From positions 1 to 64,000 of IMG/VR virus record IMGVR_UViG_3300034092_002634: 64,000 nt of DNA, one strand, 5' to 3'. The DNA is from a virus. Below the pieces are notes generated by a model. The model did not search any database and had not been told where the DNA came from. It saw only the letters and a program-made list of their open reading frames with translations. The position numbers and the translations under genes were made by a program. This document shows positions 31,927 to 40,393 of the stretch, piece by piece; positions within the stretch are counted from its first letter, which is position 1; every line of letters starts with the position of its first letter.

Positions 31927-32301
31927 CTACATAAATAATTTGAACGTCTCCGCCTCCTCCTTCAAGTCTTTTTCTTCCTGTTTCTTTATTTGTTGAAGTT
32001 TGCGGCGGACGCTAGCTTCTAAAGATTTTTGTTTAATGGCAATAATAGCAGCCATGTCACCGTAACTTAGCTTACCAAGTTTCTTAGCGTTGAGTGCTGT
32101 GTACTGCGTCGAATTGAGAAAGTGATCAATCCACATTGCGAGCTCGTCTTTTGTTGACGTGGCTGTCGCAAGCAGTTGACCCGCCGCGTTATTCTTGGAC
32201 GGGCTCCTGTACAGTGGCGTCCTTTTCAAGTGTCTCGAGGTATTTTTCGAAAGCATCTTTTGATATTTTTCCAAGAGTCCAAATATTTTCCGCGAGTTCA
32301 C
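31927..32301 (-). CDS. Tail assembly chaperone C-terminal extension (GT-like ORF)
   Basis: Overlaps the chaperone ORF in the +1 frame and directly precedes the tape measure gene; no convincing start of its own. Confidence 0.5.
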   Translation of the reverse strand: MNSRKIFGLLEKYQKMLSKNTSRHLKRTPLYRSPSKNNAAGQLLATATSTKDELAMWIDHFLNSTQYTALNAKKLGKLSYGDMAAIIAIKQKSLEASVRRKLQQIKKQEEKDLKEEAETFKLFM

Positions 32302-32590
32302 GTACTACCTCCCCATTCGCGTCAAGCAACTTCTTGGCCTGCGCTGAGTTCATTTTTGGTCTGATTAGCCCTTCGACAATAGTATTAATAGTGAATTCGG
32401 AGTTGTCCATTTCTCCATTTTTCTGCGACAGTTGATTAATCTTTTCCATCTGTGCGAAGCTTAGTGCGCGAATGCGTAATCTTTTTTTCAGCCCCTTAAT
32501 AGTCAAGTCAACCTCTAACATCGAATCATCCGTCAATAAATCATCTACGTTATCGTAGTATTCTCCGGATCCGAATGCGTAATCTAACAT
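32189..32590 (-). CDS. Tail assembly chaperone
   Basis: Between the tail tube and tape measure genes; 'LRIRALSFAQMEKI...IVEGLIRPKM...V.ELAENIWTL'. Confidence 0.8.
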   Translation of the reverse strand: MLDYAFGSGEYYDNVDDLLTDDSMLEVDLTIKGLKKRLRIRALSFAQMEKINQLSQKNGEMDNSEFTINTIVEGLIRPKMNSAQAKKLLDANGEVVRELAENIWTLGKISKDAFEKYLETLEKDATVQEPVQE

Positions 32591-32609
32591 CTTGTTTTCT
32601 CCTTAAATT

Positions 32610-32655
32610 TAAAAAAAAGTGACCCCCTCTAATAGTAATCTATCAGAGGGGGTGC
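32610..32655 (-). terminator. Intrinsic terminator after the tail tube gene
   Basis: Hairpin (accccctct...agagggggt) followed by a long T-run on the minus strand. Confidence 0.8.
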
Positions 32656-32670
32656 ATTAACTACTTAATA

Positions 32671-33108
32671 CTAAGCAGGGTAATCGCCGTTGACTGCCGT
32701 GGTGACCGAGAAACCGCCGTTGTCCATGAAGTCAAACGAAACAGTAACCTGGTCGTTTGCAGCATTGGTCAACTGGTAACCGGTGATGATTGCCGAAGGA
32801 ATGGTCATGGTGTAGCCACCCTTGGAAACCAACGAAACACCGATGTATTCACCGGAGTTCGAGATGTTGATCAAGCGGGTGTGCGTGTCCTGTTGTGCGA
32901 TTGGCAACGTGACTTGGAATGAACCATTGACACGCTTCGTGGTGGTGAAGGTGTACATCTTGCCGTTGTCGTTCAAGAAAGGACCAGCATCGACCTGCTG
33001 GGTCTGGAGGCTGGCCTGCCACTGCGATACAAACTTAACATTGTCGTAACCAGTGTCAGCTGCGTTACGAATCTTCAAATACCCTTCAATACCTTTTACG
33101 ATACTCAT
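32671..33108 (-). CDS. Major tail tube protein
   Basis: 145-aa beta-rich protein 'VKGIEGYLKI...W...V.GSF...AIITG....A.DQVTVSFDF'; strongly biased codon usage; position. Confidence 0.8.
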   Translation of the reverse strand: MSIVKGIEGYLKIRNAADTGYDNVKFVSQWQASLQTQQVDAGPFLNDNGKMYTFTTTKRVNGSFQVTLPIAQQDTHTRLINISNSGEYIGVSLVSKGGYTMTIPSAIITGYQLTNAANDQVTVSFDFMDNGGFSVTTAVNGDYPA

Positions 33109-33247
33109 TAACGTAATTCTCCTAAATTAAATTTGATTGGGTGCGGTTATAAATCCGGCTTACTTTTAATAAGCCGAACAGAAGAGCGGAGAAAATAAGC
33201 GTGCTACATCCTCCGCGACTTTTTAATATAAAGCCAAGAACTGATAC

Positions 33248-33676
33248 TTACCTCGGGGTTATAAAAGTTTCAACACCAATAGCCGATGTATAAATAGCTG
33301 TGCTATTTAATCGCTCTACCGGATAAGAGTACACTTTATACGGGTAAAACTGAACGTCGTACGGTATCGAAATATTTGCAATACCTGAAACAACGAAAGG
33401 AACAGTGAAGTTGTTGGCCAGTTGAGCAAGGGAGTCTGATGCTCCGGCTAATGTACTGTCGACGGAACGCATCGTTATAATGCCTTTCCAGGCAGACATG
33501 TTAAGCATGCTGTAACTGTAACCAAGACTGCTATCACTTTGATATATTAAATAGGGATAGGGCGCTTCTGGCGGAGCAGCATTGAAAAATACGCGACCGC
33601 TGTACTGTCCAGATATCTGCACTAATGCCCTGGATACTATGCGCCAAATGTTTGGGTAGAGTGCGTTTATAATCAT
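33248..33676 (-). CDS. Tail terminator/completion protein
   Basis: 'GRVFFNAAPPEAPYPYLIY' signature (DUF3168-like); upstream of the tail tube gene. Confidence 0.75.
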   Translation of the reverse strand: MIINALYPNIWRIVSRALVQISGQYSGRVFFNAAPPEAPYPYLIYQSDSSLGYSYSMLNMSAWKGIITMRSVDSTLAGASDSLAQLANNFTVPFVVSGIANISIPYDVQFYPYKVYSYPVERLNSTAIYTSAIGVETFITPR

Positions 33677-34305
33677 GCGGTACCTTTACCAGATAATACA
33701 CTATCTATTAATGTAGTTATATATTTGTCAATTTCCGGATCTAGCTCTTTCATAAACTTGTCAAAATACAATGTTTGTACGCGATCTACTAACTCAGAAA
33801 GCATGTCTTCTATCTCAGGCATCGACGCGTCTCTTACTGCGCTATCTACGGCTTTTTCGACAATAACGTCTAGGCCGGGTCCATCGATTTTTCCATTTTT
33901 GATTAAAAGCACAATTTCGTTTGCTAGCTTGTACAGCTGCATAATTGAGTCGTCTAGCAGAGCTGTTTTTAAAGGATTCTCAAGTGTTTCTAAACTAAGA
34001 GAATCTTCTAAAGGATTTTTGAGGTTTTCTAAACTAAGCACAGGCTGACCTGTGTTTTGTTTTATTTCTTTATCTGTATCTTTAAATGAATTAAGTCTAT
34101 CTCTAAATTTTTTATTATTTGTTACATCGGACTGCCGCAAGGTTCGACCGTACATTTTTGCTTCTTCTTCAGGACTAATGTCCGCCAAAGTATCTAAGTA
34201 CTCTTCGACATTCCTCTTTACAAGACTGTTAATAACTTGACCAATCTGGGAATTGAGGTTATCTAACGTAGTAACAAATGACTTAATCCGATCGATTACG
34301 TCCAT
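33673..34305 (-). CDS. Putative tail completion / neck protein
   Basis: Synteny between head-closure and terminator genes; internal duplication LSLENLKNPL / LSLETLENPL. Confidence 0.4.
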   Translation of the reverse strand: MDVIDRIKSFVTTLDNLNSQIGQVINSLVKRNVEEYLDTLADISPEEEAKMYGRTLRQSDVTNNKKFRDRLNSFKDTDKEIKQNTGQPVLSLENLKNPLEDSLSLETLENPLKTALLDDSIMQLYKLANEIVLLIKNGKIDGPGLDVIVEKAVDSAVRDASMPEIEDMLSELVDRVQTLYFDKFMKELDPEIDKYITTLIDSVLSGKGTA

Positions 34306-34676
34306 TACTTCTGCTTCTCAATAGAAACAATAAAGGCACCCATTAAGGAGTGCTTTTCGGGGACACTTGTTACGTCGTATACCACAGAGTTAAAAACAAT
34401 CTTATCTCTCGTATTAATTACAGTCGTGTACGGTAGTTGAATACGCAGTGCAGACTGACTAATTAAAATTTGAAGATTATCCTGAGAGTTTTGAGAAGCA
34501 TTTATTTTTCCGGATTTATTGATAATGCGGCAGGGTGTGGCTGCAGAGTCTGTAAAGGACTCTGCATACTCACCGTCAATTGTGTTGAACCCGTTAAAAA
34601 CTTTAATAATACAGGTATCAACCAGAAACAATTCTGACTGCTCCCGTATATATAAAGCGTTACTAATCAACGACAT
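34305..34676 (-). CDS. Head closure (stopper) protein
   Basis: 'DTCII...TPCRI...IQLPYTTVINTRDKIVFNSVVYDV'; start placed at the MSLIS ATG. Confidence 0.7.
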   Translation of the reverse strand: MSLISNALYIREQSELFLVDTCIIKVFNGFNTIDGEYAESFTDSAATPCRIINKSGKINASQNSQDNLQILISQSALRIQLPYTTVINTRDKIVFNSVVYDVTSVPEKHSLMGAFIVSIEKQK

Positions 34677-35175
34677 CCTGCACCGCCTTAATTCGAGCCT
34701 CAATGGCCTGAACTTTCTTTACCGATTTATTTTCGGAGACGGCATAATCTTTAATTCTTTCCAGAGTGGAAACAGAGTCGAACTTTTCCAGACGCGATGT
34801 AAACTCAACCATGGACCGCAAATCTACAATTTCTGCGACTTCCGAGTCAGATATAAAGTTTCTCGTGTCAATGGGGAGCTGCGACTCATGGTAATCTTTT
34901 AACAGCCCTTTTGCAAAAAGACCTTTGTTTAGGCGCCGAAACATCTTGTCTTCTATTTCTGAATAGATTTCAATTACCTCGTCTTCGTACACAAAAGCTT
35001 TTCTACTGTTTGACGATAAATCGAAATTCTCTTCGTCGGTACTCAGTAACCACCCAACGTTGACTTTTGTGTCGGTGGGATCAACACGAAGACCGGCAAG
35101 CATGTTGATTGGCACCTTTGCGTATTTTTTATACGCCTCTTCCGCAACTGTTGGGTAAATGTTGTTCATTGCCAT
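34663..35175 (-). CDS. Hypothetical head-associated protein
   Basis: Follows the major capsid gene; AAGGA RBS before MAMNN; helical C-terminus. Confidence 0.55.
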   Translation of the reverse strand: MAMNNIYPTVAEEAYKKYAKVPINMLAGLRVDPTDTKVNVGWLLSTDEENFDLSSNSRKAFVYEDEVIEIYSEIEDKMFRRLNKGLFAKGLLKDYHESQLPIDTRNFISDSEVAEIVDLRSMVEFTSRLEKFDSVSTLERIKDYAVSENKSVKKVQAIEARIKAVQDVVD

Positions 35176-35186
35176 AGTTAATTCCT

Positions 35187-36140
35187 TTAAGAAGTAATCT
35201 TGATTACACCGATGTTTTGTGGCATGTCGACAACCAAACCGTAAGACATCCAAGCGTGAAGCGTGTAGTCTGCTGGTTGAATGTTCATGTCGACACTTTC
35301 TTGATATTCAGTACCGCCGTACAACAAGACCTCTCCTGCGTTGTTACCAACGAGAATAATCTTGTCTTCTGGAATGAGTGCTGCCCGTGGATTTGGGAGG
35401 TCGTTCTTGAACACCTGTGGAAGTTCAATCAACGGTACGCCCATGTAGTACGAAACACGATTTGTGTTGAGGTATTCGAGCAACTTCTCGTTAACCGGGT
35501 ACGCAATTGTGTTCGATGTGCCACTGTAAATGTACTCGCGGAAAGCAGCAAACTTATAAATAGGAAGCAATGCTTTACGAGTCCCAATGATAGCTTTGAC
35601 ACCGCCTGCGGTGTACATGACATTCTCCATCAACGTATCCAATGCCGTGTAGGTCAAGGCAGCGGTTTCGACGTAGTGTGAAGGCGTGTTGGCTGTGGTC
35701 CATACCGAGGACAGCAAGTTGAACACACGGTTCACCAAATTGTCGGTAAGGTCGAACGCAAGCTGCTGACGCATCATTTCGACCGTGATCATGTTGCCCT
35801 GCTGCACGTTCCAAAGACTCTCACGCACACCGCCGATCAAGCGATCGAACACATATGAATGATAATCCTGGACAGTGGTTGGCTGACTGACTAAATGACT
35901 GGTGCCTGGTACCATCGACTGAACCGAGTACTTACCACGACGAAGACGTCGGATAATCGGGTCGCCGATGTTAGCTTGGCGGGTGGGCATAAATGTATTG
36001 AAAAGATCCAGTGTCAAGTGATTTGGCTCAACCATCTGTACAATCAATTCTGCGAATGCGGACTTACCTGAAAGAGTAGTCCCGGCCGTTTTTGCCGTCT
36101 CAGCCAGGGCTTTCTGAAATTTCTCTGTTTCGTTCATCAT
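35187..36140 (-). CDS. Major capsid protein
   Basis: 317 aa; HK97-fold-like C-terminal features (YMGVPLIELPQ...IPEDKIILVG...YGLVV); highly biased codons; follows the protease/scaffold gene. Confidence 0.8.
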   Translation of the reverse strand: MMNETEKFQKALAETAKTAGTTLSGKSAFAELIVQMVEPNHLTLDLFNTFMPTRQANIGDPIIRRLRRGKYSVQSMVPGTSHLVSQPTTVQDYHSYVFDRLIGGVRESLWNVQQGNMITVEMMRQQLAFDLTDNLVNRVFNLLSSVWTTANTPSHYVETAALTYTALDTLMENVMYTAGGVKAIIGTRKALLPIYKFAAFREYIYSGTSNTIAYPVNEKLLEYLNTNRVSYYMGVPLIELPQVFKNDLPNPRAALIPEDKIILVGNNAGEVLLYGGTEYQESVDMNIQPADYTLHAWMSYGLVVDMPQNIGVIKITS

Positions 36141-36150
36141 CTACTCCTAA

Positions 36151-36681
36151 TTAATGCATAATAATGTACAACATCTCAGTGTCAGGCTGATAACGCTCGA
36201 CAGTGGCGATGGTGTGACTATTAGTGGTGGTGTAAGTAAGCAAGCCGGATGCGCCGACGGCAACGCGAGCGCCTGGGACCTTGATATCGGCCGAATTGAC
36301 AAAACAACCCGAAGTGACGCCGATCTTACCGCGATGCATTGCAACGAGTTCGCCGGACACAATGAGTGGTTCTTTCCACATGGAACGCTTTACCAAGTAT
36401 TGCTTTTTGTGGAAGACTGGATCTCCGTAGAGACCACCGTCATTCAAATTGTAGTTTTTCGTTCCTGGAACAGTGTACCAATCCTCATAAGTTGGGGACG
36501 GAAAATTGTCGGGTGGGAAGAATGCGATGAAAACGCCGTGCTGAGTCTCCGCTGCTGCGTACGAAACAGTAGGCAAATCTTCACGCACACCAGAAGCGCC
36601 AACAACAACGGCGCGCCCTTCAACGATTGTTGAAGATGCAACACCCTGCCGGCTGTGTAACGTGGTTACAATAACTGCCAT
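36151..36681 (-). CDS. Capsid decoration/cement protein
   Basis: Between scaffold and capsid genes; 'IVEGRAVV...PGARVAVGASGLL...IATVERY'. Confidence 0.6.
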   Translation of the reverse strand: MAVIVTTLHSRQGVASSTIVEGRAVVVGASGVREDLPTVSYAAAETQHGVFIAFFPPDNFPSPTYEDWYTVPGTKNYNLNDGGLYGDPVFHKKQYLVKRSMWKEPLIVSGELVAMHRGKIGVTSGCFVNSADIKVPGARVAVGASGLLTYTTTNSHTIATVERYQPDTEMLYIIMH

Positions 36682-36755
36682 TTTTAGTTACCTCATTTAA
36701 AATTTAGACTAATTCCGTAGTCTTCGGTCTATTCGTCTTACAAAGAAGAAAAAGG

Positions 36756-38324
36756 CTAGGCCTTGTTACCCTTCTTTAGAAAGTCTGCCAAAGCTTTGGC
36801 ACTGACTGATTCAGTTCCAGAGCTCTGGGGTTCTGGAATTGAAATAGGTTCCTTAACGCTTGAATTTGATTTCACAGGAGCTGCTTTACGAAGATCCCCG
36901 ATAATCTTACTCAACACGTCGTCAGTCAAAGACAAGTAGAATTCCAGTTTCTGCTCAATCTCACTCTGACTAAACACCGATGAAAGCTCGGCAATTACTT
37001 CGTTTTTCCGGGCTTCGGCTTTGGCATGCTGCTCGGCTTCTTCGAAGGCTTGGATTTTGGTCCGTAAGTCATTTGCTTCCTTCTCCTTCTCAGCCAAGGA
37101 GGCTGTAAGTTCTTCAATCTGTTTTTTCAGTTCTTCCATTTCTTCCTTCTCTTCTGCTACTGAAAGTAGCGGAGTTCTATTTCCATAGGCGGGATTGTCT
37201 ACGATACAGGTGCCTGCAAAGACTACGTCTTTTAGCCACCTAATACCATCAATCTCCTCAGCGGAGGAGTAGTACACTTCCCAGGAGGTTCCAATAAACT
37301 CACTATCATCTGCGCGCGATTTAAGCAGTTCGTATACTGCTGGGTACTGATCCTTCCAAATGAAAGCCCGTCCCATAATTACGTCACGCCCTTGATACGT
37401 GTCTACAAAAGCCTCTGTGATGGCTCCTACAGGATGTGCTCCTGTATGACCACCGTAGCCATTTTCCGATACCGAAATCTTTATCGGAGTAAGCTTAGAA
37501 GTGCGAATTACGTTGTCAATTTCAGATCTGCTAATACCCTCACTGTTTGAGTTGGGTTCAAAGTCTGTCAGGACAACTTCGATTTCTTTTATGAATGGGT
37601 GGTTAATATCCGAGCTTCGCGCAAGGCGTAAACCACCTTTCACAGATGCCGAACTTTTTTTGTCAGCTGCGTTCATTTGTTTTACAAGACGAGCAAACCA
37701 CCCTCTGCCAGATGCTCCACCCCAAAGCAACCAGGAAACCCAAGCTGGGGAATCCTTAGGTGCGTTCGCGAACCGAGCATTTCGACCGTAAAACCTGTTA
37801 CCCATGCGGGCTCTTTCAGGACTTACAGAGTCACCGGACACGTACTTCCGTGCCCACGCAACTGTTGCAGGCTCTAAACCATTCCCGCTCAACCCTTTCT
37901 CGTGTAGAGCTAGGCCACGTTTTGCGGCTGAGCGTACACCAGCAGGAGGAGAAAAGTTAATATTAGCATAGCGGCCAGCAGAGTAGGATTCACTCGGATC
38001 TTCCTCTTCTTTATTATTTGAGTCGGGAACCGGTATAAAATCGGGAATGTTTAAATCTTCGTTTTCAATAACCCAGAACTTACAGATTGCGTCAGGTTCG
38101 ATAACTCCTTCTACAACCGCACAGCTATTGCTGTCTTTTGCAAAGAAGGCACAATTGAAACACACAAGGCCCTCGGCTTTAAATGGGTTACTTTCTGCCG
38201 GAGTATAATGCGATCCCTCGCTATCTGTACCCCATCCAAATTTTCCGTATTCGTCAGTTATTTGAATTAGCTCCTCAACAAGATCCTCTTGTCGCGGAGA
38301 AAGGTATTCTGCTGTTTCTTCCAT
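36756..38324 (-). CDS. Prohead protease-scaffold fusion with extra N-terminal domains
   Basis: Protease-like core (PNSNSEGI...GH...PVGAI...FIWK...GTSWEV...FAGTCIVDNPAYG), C-terminal coiled-coil scaffold; N-terminal four-Cys domain and a 'VSWLLWGG' domain. Confidence 0.75.
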   Translation of the reverse strand: MEETAEYLSPRQEDLVEELIQITDEYGKFGWGTDSEGSHYTPAESNPFKAEGLVCFNCAFFAKDSNSCAVVEGVIEPDAICKFWVIENEDLNIPDFIPVPDSNNKEEEDPSESYSAGRYANINFSPPAGVRSAAKRGLALHEKGLSGNGLEPATVAWARKYVSGDSVSPERARMGNRFYGRNARFANAPKDSPAWVSWLLWGGASGRGWFARLVKQMNAADKKSSASVKGGLRLARSSDINHPFIKEIEVVLTDFEPNSNSEGISRSEIDNVIRTSKLTPIKISVSENGYGGHTGAHPVGAITEAFVDTYQGRDVIMGRAFIWKDQYPAVYELLKSRADDSEFIGTSWEVYYSSAEEIDGIRWLKDVVFAGTCIVDNPAYGNRTPLLSVAEEKEEMEELKKQIEELTASLAEKEKEANDLRTKIQAFEEAEQHAKAEARKNEVIAELSSVFSQSEIEQKLEFYLSLTDDVLSKIIGDLRKAAPVKSNSSVKEPISIPEPQSSGTESVSAKALADFLKKGNKA

Positions 38325-39101
38325 TTACGTACCTCTCACTAAGTGAACTTCAAATGTTCCTGCAGCAGTTTCTGAAGGACTGAAAGAAATAATAATCCCG
38401 TTTACCGCACTCGCTAACAGCGGAATGCTGGTAATAATTCCTGTCGCTGGTACAGATTCGGGAATAAAGCCGTAACGCACATTAGGGCTTAAAGACTTAC
38501 TAAGAACACTCATATCGGCTGTGAGCGAGCCCAAATCGGCAAAAACGGTAACTACACCCGCGGATGCTGACTTAATAGAGAACGATAGCTTTCTCCAGCC
38601 AGAACGTATCATCGGCACATAAATAAATCGACCGTTCATATACGAAGTGTCAAAGAATGTTCCGTAAGGGTCAATAACCTCTAACGATTCAGGTGAAAAA
38701 GAGTCAAGACATACAAAAATGTCGTCGTACCCATCTGCAATTGTCGAGATCAGTTCGTTAACTCTGCCGTCTCCGGCAGTTTTCAACCCACCCTTAGCAG
38801 TTACTCTAAGAACAGAAATCTCGTTGTCAACTAACTCAGCATTTGAATTGTTGAGCGTCTCGCTATAAAAAGTACCCGCACTCGGGAATAGAGTGTCGTT
38901 AGCGTTAAACGCTTGTGTGAATGAACCAGTTAAGTTCATTGATACGGGAATAGGATATTCCTCACTCCCTAAAGAAACACCGCTGGGACTAGTTATTACA
39001 AACTGCTGATAATGCGTTGTTGCTTCGTCGTTCAGTATTTCAACTGTACCCAATGTAGTCGGTGTTGTTGACGGAATATTAATAGGCATGTAACCCTCCA
39101 A
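38325..39101 (-). CDS. Hypothetical (likely virion) protein
   Basis: 258-aa beta-rich ORF near the head of the structural operon. Confidence 0.5.
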   Translation of the reverse strand: MEGYMPINIPSTTPTTLGTVEILNDEATTHYQQFVITSPSGVSLGSEEYPIPVSMNLTGSFTQAFNANDTLFPSAGTFYSETLNNSNAELVDNEISVLRVTAKGGLKTAGDGRVNELISTIADGYDDIFVCLDSFSPESLEVIDPYGTFFDTSYMNGRFIYVPMIRSGWRKLSFSIKSASAGVVTVFADLGSLTADMSVLSKSLSPNVRYGFIPESVPATGIITSIPLLASAVNGIIISFSPSETAAGTFEVHLVRGT

Positions 39102-39122
39102 AAGTATCCTCTAACAGTATAC

Positions 39123-39530
39123 TTATTTTTCTGTCAGTTTTATTTTGTTAATGATCATTCGGACGCTCTCTCTTGAGACTGTTAACCCCGTCATATTACA
39201 AATTTTAGTCAGTTTCCGCACAGATAAATTTTTCTCGTAAATGCTTTTAATAAAAGATTCAATTATGTCTGTAGTTTTGGGTCTGCCTCTTGGTCTGGAA
39301 GATCCCCAAAATCTTTCAGGCTCTTTCGATAAATAATCAACTTCATAATTTGTTGATTCAATTTTTGTTATACGCCGTTGACGGCGCTCCATTGCAACTA
39401 ATTCTAAAAACCATTCTGACGAAGAGTAAGGCCCATATAAAGAGCGGCAACTCAAACAGAGAAAATCTCCACTCTTTCTCCGATCATCACAGAATAAACA
39501 ACGAACATACCTCATAAAATCACCTGACAA
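39123..39530 (-). CDS. Zn-finger / HTH DNA-binding protein, possible late regulator
   Basis: CxxC-x9-CxxC, AT-hook-like RPRGRPK and C-terminal HTH (LSVRKL...VSRESVRMII). Confidence 0.55.
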   Translation of the reverse strand: MSGDFMRYVRCLFCDDRRKSGDFLCLSCRSLYGPYSSSEWFLELVAMERRQRRITKIESTNYEVDYLSKEPERFWGSSRPRGRPKTTDIIESFIKSIYEKNLSVRKLTKICNMTGLTVSRESVRMIINKIKLTEK

Positions 39531-39776
39531 GTAAATTTGGGTATAATTACCCCGTTAGTATCTTACCACGAAAACAAGATGTCTCTGCTTTCTTAGTCTC
39601 TAACGGAATTCTAATACAAAGGAGTTGACAGGATTGTTATAATCCCTACAGAAGAAAAAAAAAGAATCGCATATAACATATGTTTACATATTAGATATTA
39701 AGTCTAATATGTTTTTGTATTTTGAAGAAAAATATGATATATTGTTCATGTGTTTAATATTATCTAGGAGGGGTAG
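39531..39776. promoter_or_regulatory. AT-rich divergent control region
   Basis: Strand switch; extended -10 boxes (minus TGGTAAGAT at 39568-39560; plus TGATATATT near 39735); palindromes ggatt-gttat-aatcc and atattaga-N7-tctaatat. Confidence 0.6.
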
Positions 39777-40115
39777 ATGGAAAAGGAATTGACTTGGTCT
39801 GAGTATCAAGAGTTTGTGGTGTCTACTAAGCGGTATTCCGAAAACTATCGATTGTTATACCCAGTTCTTGGTCTTGCTTCTGAGGCAGGTGAAGTTGCTG
39901 GTAAGTTAAAGAAGATTCTCCGCGATAACAACGGAGAAATTTCTGAAGAGCAGGCTGGAAAATTATTTGACGAACTTTCCGATGTACTTTGGTACGTCAC
40001 CTGCTGCCTAGATGATCTTGGATTGAGTCTTGAGGCATTGGCGCACTACAATGTCGCAAAACTAACATCCCGTGTAGATCGCGGAGTTATCCAAGGTGAT
40101 GGCGATAATCGATGA
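39777..40115 (+). CDS. mazG: MazG-like nucleotide pyrophosphohydrolase
   Basis: LGLASEAGEVAGKLKKILRD...DELSDVLWY...GVIQGDGDNR. Confidence 0.9.
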   Translation: MEKELTWSEYQEFVVSTKRYSENYRLLYPVLGLASEAGEVAGKLKKILRDNNGEISEEQAGKLFDELSDVLWYVTCCLDDLGLSLEALAHYNVAKLTSRVDRGVIQGDGDNR

Positions 40116-40393
40116 GGTTCCGCATTGTTGACTGGGCTGAGTCAGAGGGAATTTTTTCTGTTAGGTTTGTAGTGTCATCTAACAAAGACGATCGACTTGA
40201 GTCCTATGTTGTGAGCATCCCGTTTAACGGAGAAGACCCTCAGTTGTTTATGAATAAGCTACGTAACAATATGGTTAGTTACGTAGCTTATCTCGATAAT
40301 ATGAAGTCAGTTAAGAGTGTTATGACTGACTTTGCGTTTACAGACCCGACCGTTCATTATTATGAGAATATAGGAGTAAGTGATGTTACTTAG
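40112..40393 (+). CDS. Hypothetical protein
   Basis: 93-aa ORF coupled to both neighbouring genes. Confidence 0.6.
   Translation: MRFRIVDWAESEGIFSVRFVVSSNKDDRLESYVVSIPFNGEDPQLFMNKLRNNMVSYVAYLDNMKSVKSVMTDFAFTDPTVHYYENIGVSDVT

Noticed and set aside
39625-39643. TTGACA and TATAAT as one promoter
   Set aside because: The two boxes are only 7 nt apart
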